Source: Octopus sinensis
Lineage: Eukaryota
Assembly (NCBI RefSeq): GCF_006345805.1
Contig: NC_043005.1
Location: forward strand, 72,106,001-72,170,000
Length of the DNA: 64,000 nt
Direction: 5' to 3'
Made by a program: the position numbers and the translations under genes. Within the stretch, counting starts at the first letter, position 1. Every line of letters begins with the position of its first letter. The notes under the pieces were generated by a model that was not told the origin of the DNA, did no database searches, and saw only the letters and a list, made by a program, of their open reading frames with translations. Positions 24,447 through 36,909 of this stretch are shown piece by piece.

Positions 24447-24983
24447 TTTACTCTTTTACTTGTTTCAGTCATTTGACTGTGGCCATGCTGGAGCACCAGC
24501 TTTAGTTGAGCAAATCGACTCCAGGACTTATTCTTTGTAAGCCTAGTACATATTCTATAGGTCATTTTTGCCAAACTGCTATGGGGACGTAAACACACCA
24601 GCATCAGTTGTCAAGTGATGTTGGAAAGACAAACACAGACACACAAACACATACATGCACACACATATATATACATATATATATATATATTATATATATA
24701 TATATATATATAATATATATATATATATCTATATATATATATATTATATATATATATATAATATATATATATATATACATATATACGACAGGCTTCTTTC
24801 AGTTTTCGTCTACCAAATCCACTCACAAGGCTTTGGTCAGCCCGAGGCTATAGTAGAAGACACTTGCCCAAGGTGCCATGCAGTGGGACTGAACCCGGAA
24901 CCATGTGGTTCATAAGCAAGCTACTTACCACACAGTCACTCCTACACCTATCAACTTACCACACAGCCACTCCTACGCCTATC
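24447..24983 (-). mobile_element. SINE family A, full length with ~135-bp expanded TA tract and duplicated head tip
   Basis: Reverse complement of the family A consensus; acttaccacacag(t/c)cactccta occurs twice at 24922-24983. Confidence 0.85.
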
Positions 24984-25034
24984 TAAATGTATAATCCTAT
25001 TTGAATTATAAAATTCATACAATGCTGTGGTTGA

Positions 25035-25556
25035 CCCTTTAACATTTAGATTTCTCTGTCAAATGTAATGCTTATTTACTTATTTTGAATCTATCATATA
25101 TTATCCTTGAGATTTCAATGACATGATTCTTCATTTTGAGAATAACATTGTAGGATAGATGCAAGAGGCCTGATTTGGCCAGATTGAACATAAAACAGGT
25201 AGAATACTTTGGCTAGATATAGCTGGCTTAGGAAGGAATTACAACTGTGTTTCGTGGTCTGCTACCACAACAGCTCCTTTATAGGATCCAGTTAGCTCAA
25301 GACATCATCAGGAGGAACCACATCCGGTTTCAGCCCCTACTCCTCTACCGTTTTGATGTAACGGGCCCCCCACTTTTGGAGGTGTCTGCAGCTCTGGTGT
25401 TGGGTGCATGTCTTCTTTCTTCTTCTTTCTTCTGTTCCCTGGCCTCTTCGATGTATCGTTAGTGAGTGTCAGCCGGTGACTGACTGACTTGTCAAGATTT
25501 TCCCTTTGAATACCTGCCGCTAGGCTCCAGCAGGCAGCCCCAGCAAGTTAAAGGGT
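25035..25556. mobile_element. piggyBac-like MITE split by a ~316-bp insert (25231-25546)
   Basis: Ends ttga|ccctttaacattt and gttaaaggg|ttaa; the body is the reverse complement of the 52121-52777 MITE. Confidence 0.65.
25240..25311 (-). ncRNA. Hammerhead-ribozyme-like motif (type I arrangement, degenerate)
   Basis: Minus strand CTGATGA-T-[stem II: GTCT..GCTA../..TAGC AGAC]-CAC-GAA-ACA-cagt-TGT-A. The core boxes are intact, but the base of stem II is imperfect and stem I is absent. Confidence 0.55.
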
Positions 25557-26184
25557 TAATTGAATACCATATTTCCCAGCATGCAAGTCAATTTCTCAAA
25601 CCAAAATTTATAGTAAAAAAAAAAGTAGGTCAACTTGTAAACCAAAACAGCTTTGGAGGATCAAAACTCCCATGTGAAATGCAGCAGCATTTGGAACGAT
25701 AGTAACAGTGTTTGAATGTTCACACTACATGTTAACACTCTATACTATGTCGATTTGTATGCAAGAAAATGCAATACAGGTAGTATATTGTTAATTAAAA
25801 TAGCTGTCTATACTTCTTAGCTTCATTGGAATTGTTTCTTATCTAATCAAAAATATATAACATAGCCAGGGTGTTTATATAATTTGTTTATCTGGGAATA
25901 TTTTTGTAGATCATTCCTTAAACATGCTAAAAGAGATTGTAATTTGTTATCAATTTTCTTTCTAGTTATCTCTAAATAATGATGTGGAAGCAATTTAATA
26001 TCTGTTTTCCTGGGGAAAAAAAAAAAAACTTTCACAATATTGAGATCGTTATGTCTATATATATGTGCAAAGTACAATTTTTGAATTACTTTAGCTTAGT
26101 AAGTTTATAACAGTGGTTAATTGGAAATATTTCTTTCCAGTTTTTGTTTTCTTGTTCTACTCTTTACAAACACACACCACCACC

Positions 26185-26578
26185 ATCATCATCATCATCA
26201 TCATTTTAACGTCCACTTTCCAGTGACTGCATGGGTTGGATGGAGTTTATTGAGGTAGATTTCTACAGCTGGATGCCATTCTTGCTGCTAAACTTTACCT
26301 GTTTCCAAGCAAAGTAATATTTCCCATTACCAGACATGTTTTCGCAGAATACTCAAAATGTACGACATCACTTGTATGACAGTGATACTCATTTTACAGC
26401 TCTCATTTTATGTGAAGACAAGAAGACACAGACACACACAGACATGCATATATACAATGGGTTTCTTTCAGTTTCCATCTACCAAATCCATTCACAAGGC
26501 ATTAGTTGGCTCGACACTTACCCAGAATCATGACGTTAGGAAGCAGGCTTCTTACCACACAGCTGTGTCTGCACCTAT
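26185..26578 (-). mobile_element. Chimeric SINE family J (family A head, distinct body, family C core and RTE-like tail)
   Basis: Same architecture at 38330-38780(+) and 62962-63600(+); body-only pieces at 7990-8150(-) and 53230-53500(-). Confidence 0.7.
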
Positions 26579-26759
26579 TTATGATTATTTTAATTAATGT
26601 TAATGTGTATATTATGATTTTTATGAGGCATCTACCACTTTAGTTATTGCTAAATTTTTCATGTGTATTTATCTTGGCAAATTTCCTAACATTTTTCATC
26701 TTTCTTTTATTCTTCCCCACGTTTATTTGGTCTCCAACTCCAACATAATCAAATGTACT

Positions 26760-27130
26760 CTTTTCTCTTTTACTTGTTTCCATCATTTGACTGTGGCCAT
26801 GCTGGAGCACCACCTTTAGTCGAGCAAATCAACCCCAGGACTTATTCTTTGTATCAGTTTCTTTTGCCAAACCACTAAGTTACGGAGACATAAACACACC
26901 AGCATCGGTTGTCAAGCAATGTTGGGGGAACAAACACAGACATACAAACACACACACACACACATATATATATACATATATACGGCGGGCTTCTTTCAGT
27001 TTCTGTCTACCAAATCCTCTCACAAATCTTTAGTAGAAGACACTTGCCCAAGGTGTCACACAGTGGGACTGAACCGGGAACCATGTGGTTGGTAAGCAAG
27101 CTACTTACCACACAGCCACTCCTGCACCTA
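26760..27130 (-). mobile_element. SINE family A
   Basis: Tail cttttacttgtttc at left, head ...cacagccactcctgc at right. Confidence 0.85.
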
Positions 27131-27559
27131 TACCATCCTGTACCATCAAGTTAGTTTCTAGTTTTACCTTCACAGCCACAATTTTTTAACTCCTATCACC
27201 TCTAATTCATATATTTTTTTATCACATTCAAATTGATTTGTCTTAAACTGCAATCTGTTAGGAAATATTAATATTCAATATCTGTCTGTTACTAAGTTTA
27301 ATCTTAGTTATTTCACAAAAGCCTAAACATACTTAATCATTTTTAAAATTAAAACACAAAATTAATATAATTTTCCTTTTTTTTAGAATTATCACAAAAG
27401 GGTGAAAATTTTATATTTTTGAAGATTATAGTAATTTCTTTTCTTCAGTTATGCAATGTTAAGGTTGGAAAAAAAAAATAATTTAGTAAGAAAGAAAATA
27501 TCAAATACTGCCAAATAGTATGTTGCTGATAGCAAGGGTATACAAAACAAATATTCTGC

Positions 27560-27830
27560 ACTTCAACCAACAAGATAGGATCTCAGTGAGAACTGCTGCA
27601 ACAAGACTCTGCAAACAAATGCAGAGCAGACTTCCTGCAGATATCTGATCAATTCAAGAGATGGCCATTTCCTGCCAGATTTGTTTTTACAGAGTTATTA
27701 CAAAAAGTCAAGACCAGTCTATCTCACTGTTGTCAGTTTGAGTTTTTCAATAGATTATACCATGGCTCTCAACAATAATTGTATTTGGATCAAGTCAACA
27801 AAGAAGCACCTACATGGTTACTAGACAGAT
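27560..27830 (+). mobile_element. Decayed PIF1-type (Helitron) helicase C-terminal fragment
   Basis: With a frameshift it reads QFKRWPFPARFVFT..ITKSQDQS...YHG..LY, resembling the Helitron helicase motif FKRRQFPVRLAFAMTINKSQGQS...HGQLY. Confidence 0.5.
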
Positions 27831-27914
27831 AGAAATAAATTACAAAATCGCCCTCAAACCATTTTCTTGTGTTTTAAATAAAAAAAAAAGAACATGAAAT
27901 ACTTTTATTCCATA

Positions 27915-28302
27915 CTAGCAGTATCACTCAGCGTTGTTCGGGTTTGTTTTGACCCTTTAGAATTGGAATTTTTGAAATGTAAAACTTTTGCATCATGTAG
28001 CTTATTTTCTTTAAGTGAACATTTTCCTGGTTGAAATACACCGAAAATTGGCGACACAGCAGTCAAAAAATCGTAAAAAATAGGGATTTTCATAGAAAAA
28101 AAAGCACCTTTTTGATGTAAATAATTTTTGGTGTTAACATGGTCCGATTTGAATTGTTTCTTCTACGGAAGGAAGAGCAAGCCTTCTTCTATCATACTCT
28201 CAATTTTGGTTAACTTGCGCTGCAGAGTCTCAGAGGAGATAGTGTTAGCTGAAGGCTACCAAACCTGCCATACACAGACAACTTCAGCTTTATATATAAA
28301 GA
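27915..28302 (-). mobile_element. Non-autonomous Helitron, subfamily 1
   Basis: Highly similar to 10963-11355; A|TC ... CTAG|T termini on the minus strand. Confidence 0.85.
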
Positions 28303-29085
28303 TATTCTCCTAAAAAATATGACAGGTTTGCCACAGATGGAATGCATTTGATCATAGGTTTGTTCAGTTATATCTGGCAACAACTAGAGTATTCAGTGTA
28401 TGTAAAAGGATTAATAAGTGACACAGTAGCCCAAAAGAGGGTTGTCCTTAAAGTATTGTTCATAGTGAAACTTTAGAATCCAAACTTTGGTATTTTATCA
28501 TGATTTGAAATATGCCCTTCGTCATTTCACAGACAGTTCTGTAATTATAAAAAATAAAAAATAAAAACTCAAATCTGAAAGAAGATTGGTTTCTAAGCAT
28601 AGTGATGGATATTTTGCTACTGGTTATATTTTACATTCAATACAAAGTTGCTGATTAAGTACTATATTAGCAGGTCACTTTTATGTTTCTCTATTTTTGT
28701 TTTTCCACCTTATCGATGTTTTGGTTGTATTTACCATTTAAGCTTACCTCAGGTCTCAGTCTTGCATTATTTGTAAATTTCGATATCTGTGCTCTTGTTA
28801 TCAACTGGTACAGAAAATGAAACTATGTCTAGGGATAACTAATCTTTGTTTTTGATTTTTAATACACATTTTTTTGTGACTGCATTACTTGAGTGGTTTG
28901 TTTCTGTTATTTTTCATTTGACTCTTTGGAGCAGTTTTATAGATGAATACCTGTCCTCCAGTTAAAAGCCTTTACCTTTTAAGTAGGTGCAGAGCCTGCA
29001 TTTTATCAGTCTAGAACAAATGAGAGTTTCAACATAATACTTAGTTCGATCTCTATATGTTTAATAATCCAGTCATTGTGTCTCT

Positions 29086-29272
29086 AGTGGTATTTCGTCT
29101 GCCTCTACATTCTGAGTTCAAATTCCACTGAGGTCGACTTTGCCTTTCATCCTTTTGGGGTCGATTAAATAAGTACCAGCCACACACAGGGGTCGATATA
29201 ATCGACTTAATCTGTTTGTCTGTCATTGTTTGTCCTCTCTGTGTTTAGCCCCTTGTGGGTAGTAAAGAAATA
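29086..29272 (+). mobile_element. SINE family B, 5'-truncated single body unit
   Basis: gtggtatttc...gagttcaaattcc...ggggtcgat...ccccttgtgggtagtaaagaaata. Confidence 0.85.
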
Positions 29273-30259
29273 TATATTTAAATGTATATCAAACCACACG
29301 CACACACATAAGCAAGCACTCTCATACATAGTATGCAACAAAATTAGGGAACAAATCAATGATATGGGTATTGATTTTCTCTGGCAGTTAAATTAGGTTT
29401 TGTTTCACTAATGTCAGAGTTCAGATTATAAATTCTTTTGTATTCATAGTTTTTAAGATATCTTACACCTTGTAAGACACACAACAATATGTTGACTGAG
29501 TAAATATGCTAATTTCTATCATGAAATGTAATTACTTTGATTCATTAAGTTTTATAAACTTAAAAATCTTCTTTATTGTAACATTAAAAACAATATTGAT
29601 CACCCAATTTCTATCTTTAATTTCTTTTTTCATTTGTCAAGATGGAGAATTTATCAATAAACAAGATCATAGAGTGCTTACTGTTATTCATTAAGTCTTT
29701 CACTAACAGCTCATTATTACAAGATTCCACATGAAATTACAAAGTAATGGCTATTAAATTGAAGAAAATTTGTTTTTAATTTTAAGGTAAACTTAGAAAT
29801 CTTTTTATGCAAACTTCAATCATGCTAAGAAACAGATATATAGTAGTCAGATGTATCCAGCTGTAGTTTGTTCTCACTTTATAGTGTTTTTGGTAAGAAG
29901 TGGTATGTGGGTGGTTTGCTTGATATTTAATGGCATCTAAAATTATTCTTCAGTCCTTTATTCTTTTATTGGTTTCAGTTAGTTGTAGCCATTCTGAGGT
30001 GCTATTTTCAAAGATCTTTTTTTTTTTTTACCTAATCATATCAACTTTAATACTTAGTCTAGTGCCTGTTTCATCAGTGTCTATATATATAGTTTGACTG
30101 GGTTCAAGGTCTGCTTTATGCTCCAGAGTCTCCTTTGACATGGTTTCTCAAAAAGTGTCCCTTCCTGGTGCCAACCAAATTACAGTGTGTCCTCGATGCT
30201 TTTCTTTTTTGCCACCAGTATTAGTGAGGTTGTCATGTAACTCTCTCTCTATCTCTCTG

Positions 30260-30567
30260 TGGAGACACATGGCCTAGTGGTTAAAGCAACGGACTCGCGG
30301 TCAAGGGATCGTGGGTTCGAATCTCAGACCGGGTGATGTGTGTGTTTATGAGTGAAATACCTAAGCTCCAAGCGGCTCCGGCAGAAGGTAATGGCAAACT
30401 TCTGCTGACTCTTTTGCCACAACTTTCTCTCACTCTTTCCTCCTGCATCTTGCAGCTCACCTGCAAGGGACTGGCGTCCTGTCCAGGTGGGGAACCTATA
30501 CGCCAATGAAACCGGGAAACTGGCCCTTATGAGTCAGGGATGGCTTGAGAAGGAACAAACAACAAAC
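30260..30567 (+). mobile_element. tRNA-derived SINE family E, tail variant 2
   Basis: A-box tggcctagtgg and B-box ggttcgaatc; shares head and ccacaactttctctcactctttc with 31531-31828 but then diverges to ...gagaaggaacaaacaacaa. Confidence 0.8.
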
Positions 30568-31530
30568 TCTCTCTCTCTCTCACACACACTCATTCAATAG
30601 ATTTTCATACAGTTTCTGTCTACCAAATTTCACTCTAAAGGAATTGGTTAACCAGAGATTATAGTAGAAGACACTTGCTCAAGGTAGCACACAGTAAGAC
30701 TGATCTAGAAGCCACATAGCTACAAAACAAACTCCTTAATCATACAGCCATTCCTAACCCTTTTAAATAAAGCCACCAATTCCACTTAGTTTATTTGCAA
30801 CATTTGCAATAACAATATGTCACAGGATCTCATAAAACTGGAAAATATCACAAGCTGTAAATGATTCTACTACAGCCATCATAAATATTTCGAAGCCCAT
30901 ATTCCGAACAAAGTTATGAAATGAAAGCAATTCCTTGATATGAAATTGATTGAGGGAAAACTGCGGTTTGCAAACAGTTGACAGCTGCAAATCCAATATC
31001 TTTTTAATGATCAATAATAATCCAATAATTGGCTGAATATTATATAAGGCCTCATATTTAACTTTTATTGAATTTGTTACCTCTAAAGACTCGTGGTTGT
31101 TGTTGCTGCCATTGTTGTTGTCTAGTTCTAGATCAGCTTCATTGAGTGGACCCAGGATCAAAAGTATTCCAGCCGTAACAATAAAGCTTCTGCCTCAGGC
31201 ATTGTTTATCTAAGGTTATGTTATTCAGTGTGTCCGTCCTTTTATCTGAAGTGTCAAAATGAGATTTGAGGAGAATAGTTTACGGTGCTATTTCTAACAG
31301 ACTGAGAGATTAAGCATATGGTCTCTTATTGCCTTGGAGTGCTTTAAGTTTGTTCACTTGATATTGCTTGGTTGTTGTAGTTGCTTTGCTTAGAATTTGC
31401 TCCAGATGAGTTGTGGTCCCCATTTTCTTTCTTAACAATCTTGAAGCCAATTAACAAAAAACAAAACTTCAATTAATAATGGTTAAGGTTCTAACTTCAA
31501 GATGACAATGTGTACATATATATATATATA

Positions 31531-31828
31531 TCACATGACCGACCAGGCCATCAGATGTTGCTACACATCGCTGGTCACAATGTGCTTCGCATTGTTTTAG
31601 CCTTCAGTGATGCCACCCCGCTGGCTAAGCAAGCAAGCCAACAGAAGAAAGAGTGAGAGAAAGTTGTGGTGAAAGAGTACAGCAGGGATCACACTCCCCC
31701 TGCCAGAGCCTCGTGGAGCTTTAGGTGTTTTCGCTCAATAAACACTCACAATGCCCGGTCTGGGAATCGAAACTGTGATCCTACGACCATGAGCCCACTG
31801 CCCTAACCACTGGGCCATTGCACCTCCA
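31531..31828 (-). mobile_element. tRNA-derived SINE family E, tail variant 1
   Basis: Head ggaggtgcaatggcccagtggttaggg...gtttcgattccc; second copy at 43011-43302(-). Confidence 0.85.
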
Positions 31829-31960
31829 CACACATATAACCTGTGCCAGCAATCATCCAACCCTTGCCAGTATAGAAAACAGATGTTAAATGATGATGAT
31901 GATGATATATATACATGATGAGTGCTCCTTTCAGTTTCAATCCACAATATCCACACACTC

Positions 31961-31997
<37 letters not shown>

Positions 31998-33533
31998 GTG
32001 TGTGTATACATACAAGTATTCAAACGATATTTTGTATGATGTTTGAGCTTATTGCAACCAGAGATAATATCAACAAGGAATGTAAACATCACGCCCTTTT
32101 CATTCAAGCATGCATGCAAGTGTATACATGTGCATGTGTAAATATATATATATATATATATACATGTGTGTGTGTGCGTGTGGTTCAATTGAAATAATGC
32201 TTTAATTACAAAAGCATTGAGACTCTAATTAAAGTTAATATTACGCCTCAGCCCTTTTGACACCAACCCACCAGAGACTACCGTTTGCTCTGTAATTCAA
32301 AACTATCTGTTTTATATATATATATATATATATATATTGTATATTAATAAAAATAAAAATTTTCTATCTTTATTTTATATAAGGACATTCTGATGTCTTC
32401 CAAAGACTGATTTAATAATGAAAAAGTTCTCCACTTTAATAAATCCCTTCAAATTGTTGATTATTTTCAAAATTAATTGAAGTATAAGTTTCATGTTCAT
32501 ATTTCTAATGGAAATATTGTCATGAAATGATTAACAGTAAAATGGTTTCTTCTCATCGGATTTTCGATTTAAAATAGAGTTCAAAAAGCAATTGAAACAA
32601 GTCATCCTTATTTTGAACATGAAAATTTAGTTAATAAACGAAAATAGCAAATTTCCAATGTTTATTTTTATAGTAGATTCAGTGATGAAAGTCTAGTAAT
32701 AGTATGCGTGTTCATGAAAATTGTGTAAAATTTTAAATAAAAAAAATAAGATAGTTTTTAAAAAAAAGTTATTTCTATAACTTTAGCTTCCCGAAATTCC
32801 ATTTTGGAAACTTTCACAGACCCATGATTAAAATGCTTTCACTGCTGTCTGACATTCCCATTATATTCTAAAAAATTTTTCTATTTTAATTTATATAGTT
32901 ATTTACAGAACCTCCCAACTACTTCTCAAAATATCCTGTATCTGTCTGGTCTTGATTTGTCTGATTTCATAGAATCAAATTTAAGTCACTTTGGGTTTTA
33001 CGTTAGTTTGAGACATAAATACAGTTGTCAACGCCAAGACTGTTATACAAATAAATCTGAAATTTGAGTCTTGTGTTCCAGGAAGAATTAAAGTAATGGC
33101 TGGAGTAGAAAAGCAAAAGTCAGTTTCTGAATGCAACATTAGATCATATTATTCTATATTTTAATTATGCTGATTTTGTTTTGATTTTTTTTTTTTGATT
33201 CTTTGACATGAAGTTTGTGAGTTTGATGCTCTGTTTTTATCAATGATGGTGTTTTCAATTTATTAGATGTTCTCACATAGCCATCAAACTAAAGAATGAG
33301 GACAATGTTGTTATATAATTTTATTCAAGGTTGCGATCATTTTGAATGGCTAGAAGAGCTGTTTCATAAATATACATTGCTTCATTTGCATAATTAATTA
33401 ATTGATCAATCATTCAATAAAATCATTTGCTCTTAACTATTTTCATCAGTTCCTAGAGTTACTATGAAAGATTTTTCAGAGTTTCCAACGAACAGAGATT
33501 GTGGAGTTTGAGAGGTTGCCTTGTAATAGAGCT

Positions 33534-33873
33534 GTCATCATCATTCTAGTCAGGTGTCGCACTATGCGATGCTGTGGTCATCATGATGTCTTGCCACCTT
33601 CTCCTGTCCTCTACCCCATGGACAGCTGAGGATAAAGACAATCCTGTGGCTGCGATGTCTTTCAGCCAAGAAGTGGGTGGTCTGCCTCTTTTATGTCTGC
33701 TGTTCACCTTGCTAGTTATGATCGTTCGCTCAAGTCCGTCCCGGCGCTAGACATGGCCAAAGAGCCATAGCTTCCGCTTCATGATATTTCACTGAAGCAT
33801 CATCTCGCAACCGAGCTTTTCTAGTAACTAGTGGCTCATCCTTCTCTCTGTCCATGACACTCTAAGAATTCTG
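33534..33873 (-). mobile_element. 3' end of an RTE/BovB-like LINE
   Basis: Minus strand RILRVSWTERR...KRKLWLFGHV*RRDGLERTII..KV...HKRGRPPTSWLKDI...EDRRRW, then a (TGA)n tail. Confidence 0.85.
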
Positions 33874-34159
33874 ATGTAAACATCAAGTATTCTTTACCAG
33901 AAATTCAAAAGATAAAGATTATAGATAACTGGCACATCAAAATATCTTTCATGATTTAGTATAAACTTGCCAATGATACAGTCACTGATAGATCAAGATG
34001 TCATCAAGTTTAAAAGCATGCTCAGAGAGTGAATATAGAGAAAAGGGGATTTTTAAAATCATATATCCAATCTGATAATCAGTGGAAGGAAAGCTACTAC
34101 ATAGTTATGCATCATGAGCAACGAGAATCAAACCAATGACTTATCTTTTATTGTTACGT

Positions 34160-34965
34160 TTAGTTATTTCAGTCATTAGACTGTGGCCATGCTGGGGCAT
34201 CTCCTTGAAGAATTTTAATTGAGTGCATCAATCCTAATACTTATTTTTCTTTGAAGCCTGGTACATATTCTATTGATCTCTTTCACTGAACTGCTAGGTT
34301 ATGGGAATATAAACACATCACCACTGTTGATACAAAGACTTACACACACACAAACACACACTGCGTGTGTGTGCGCGTGCATGTGTGTGTGCGTGTGCAT
34401 TTGTGTGTATACAATAGGCTTCTTTTAGATTCTGTCTCTCTCTCTTTCTCTTCACTCTTTTACATGTTTCAGTCATTTGACTGCAGCCATGCTGGAGCAC
34501 CGCTTTTAGTCAAGCAAATTGACCCCAGGACTTATTCTTTGTAAGCCTAGTACTTATTCTATTGGTCTCTTTTGCTGAACCACTAAGTTACGGGGATGTA
34601 AACACACCAGCATCGGTTGTCAAGTGATGTTGGGGGGACAAACATATATACACACACACACACACACACATATATATACATATATACGACGGTCTTCATT
34701 CAGTTTCTGTCTGCCAAATCCACTCACAAGGCTTTGGTCAGCCCGAGGCTATAGCAGAAGACACTTGGCCAAGGTTCCACGCAGTGGGTCTGAACCCAGA
34801 ACCATTTGGTTGGTAAGCAAGCTACTTACCACACAGCCACTCTACTAAATCCATTCACAAAACTTTGGTTGGTCTGAGGCTATAGCAGAAGACTCTTGCC
34901 CAAGGTGCCACACAGTGAGACTGAACCTGGAACCATGTACCTGGGAAGCAAACTCCTTACGACAC
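34160..34965 (-). mobile_element. Cluster of three family A SINE pieces (old 3' half, full copy 34455-34845, head)
   Basis: Consecutive same-strand matches to family A. Confidence 0.75.
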
Positions 34966-35239
34966 CAGCAAATCAGAAGATCAATTTGTTAATTGATGTT
35001 ATGTTTCATCACAGGGGAACGGCTTCTTCATTATGATAAGTACGAGTTCATAGCACACTCAATTTGAACACATATTCATCATTAGAAGCTGTTCTTTTGT
35101 CACAAAACACAAAACTGTGATTAACATATTGATGTTTAAATCTGCCAGAACGCATTAATAGATATGCAACTCATCATTAATGTAGAGAAAAGATTTTAAA
35201 GTAACTTAATGAAGAAAGAACAGTGGGTGAGGTGCCTGA

Positions 35240-35246
35240 TGGATAT

Positions 35247-35339
<93 letters not shown>

Positions 35340-35345
35340 GTATGT

Positions 35346-35404
<59 letters not shown>

Positions 35405-35527
35405 TATGTATATATATATGTATATATATGTATGTATATATATATGTATGTATATATATATATATATTGTATATATATATATATGTATATATATATGTAT
35501 ATATATGTATGTATATATATATGTATG

Positions 35528-35592
<65 letters not shown>

Positions 35593-35612
35593 ATATATAT
35601 ATATATATGTAC

Positions 35613-35647
<35 letters not shown>

Positions 35648-35668
35648 TATGTACATATATATAATATA

Positions 35669-35716
<48 letters not shown>

Positions 35717-35719
35717 GTA

Positions 35720-35750
<31 letters not shown>

Positions 35751-35754
35751 GTAC

Positions 35755-35797
<43 letters not shown>
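35240..35797. repeat. ~560-bp degenerate (TA)n/(TATG) microsatellite
   Basis: Almost purely alternating A/T with interspersed G; source of the YI-repeat ORFs. Confidence 0.95.
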
Positions 35798-35799
<2 letters not shown>

Positions 35800-36583
35800 T
35801 ACTTCATTCAGCATTTTTGTTTTTCAATGGATATGAAATTAACTTTTTCCTAATGTTTTTGGATGTGGATTGTGAATCTATCTTAGGCTTTTCCCTTGCA
35901 GTTTTGTTTTATAAATATGACAAGTATTATTTTTCTCGATTTTATTCAATGTTTAAAGAGATTTAAATAACATTGTGTGCAAGAGTTTTTTAGTTATTTT
36001 ATTTTTGATTGCTTAACTTGCATAAACTTGATAAATTCATACATAATAAATTTTTTAACTTCATTGAATTACATCCACATGTAATTGAAGTGTTTTTTAA
36101 AAAGTTATGCAAATATCCTTTTTCTCTTATAACCTTGGTCTAGGTCATTGTGATACAGCAACTAATAACAAACAACCACAATCTCCTCATATCCGAATTC
36201 CTGGTATCATATTTCCATTGCATGAAGACACATGCTCATTGTGTTTTACTTCAAGATTTCCTAGAAGGAAATCTAGGTGAGAATGCTGGAAGTGCATTCA
36301 TAGGCTTCAAAACAGGGAGTGCGGGAGATGCATGTGCACTTCCTAACATTTTTGTGGGGCAGTAAAAACACTTTGAACATCCTTTCTGAAAAACTGGGTT
36401 TGCACCCAACAAGCAAATTTCATTCTTGTACTTATGAGTGTATTTCATTCAATACACAATAATTCCTTTTGATATCTGCATCAAAGAAGTTCCCAGTTTA
36501 GTTTCACTTCTCTATATGTAGGGGACATTTTAGTGCCTAGAGAGTTTCACATAACCATTTAAAAGCTTGCCAAGCTTTTAAAT

Positions 36584-36909
36584 CAGGTGTTCTCAACCAT
36601 TTTTTTTTTATCCAAGGACTCCTTTGATAACTATTTTATTCTGGTGCACCCCAAAAGACATTCAATGTTTAAAGACTAGTTTTATACATATTTCTTTCAA
36701 ACTTCCTATTTTGCTTTTCACACATTAACTTGTGAGATGCTATAGAAAGAAATCTCTTTCTTGCAATGTATACATCTGAAGCAAAATGTCTTTAGGAGCT
36801 CTTAAAATATTACTGTGCCCCCCCTCCAATTTACTATTTTGTTGCATGGACCCCCAAAAGTCTTATATGGGCCCCAAAGTGTCATATATACCTCAGTTGA
36901 GAACCACCG
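36584..36909. mobile_element. hAT-type MITE (326 bp)
   Basis: TIRs caggtgttctcaac / gttgagaaccaccg; 8-bp TSD ttttaaat/ttttaagt (7/8). Confidence 0.8.

Noticed and set aside
25330-25385. Gypsy polypurine tract plus LTR start (minus strand aagtgggggg-cc-cgttaca, later tataaa)
   Set aside because: No TG start, no second LTR and no recognisable pol motif. The hammerhead reading explains the downstream sequence better, but an LTR origin is not fully excluded.
30260-30340. tRNA-like sequences with A and B boxes (also 31750-31828, 43230-43302, 53540-53620)
   Set aside because: Acceptor stems do not close and each continues into a shared SINE body, so they are SINE heads rather than tRNA genes.
33081-33160. 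Possible next CUB exon after tgttccag (…SVSECNIRS…)
   Set aside because: The frame hits a stop with no suitable donor and no SP.YP motif.
35177-35966. Long ORFs of 140-202 aa (YI/YM repeats), and similar HT-, CV- and YLSI-repeat ORFs elsewhere in the track
   Set aside because: They are translations of microsatellites that lack stop codons; no protein features.
36256-36276. Possible 21-nt phase-1 micro-exon (N-FLEGNL-G) with ag|gtgaga donor
   Set aside because: Weak AAG acceptor and no homology support; only RNA-seq could establish it.
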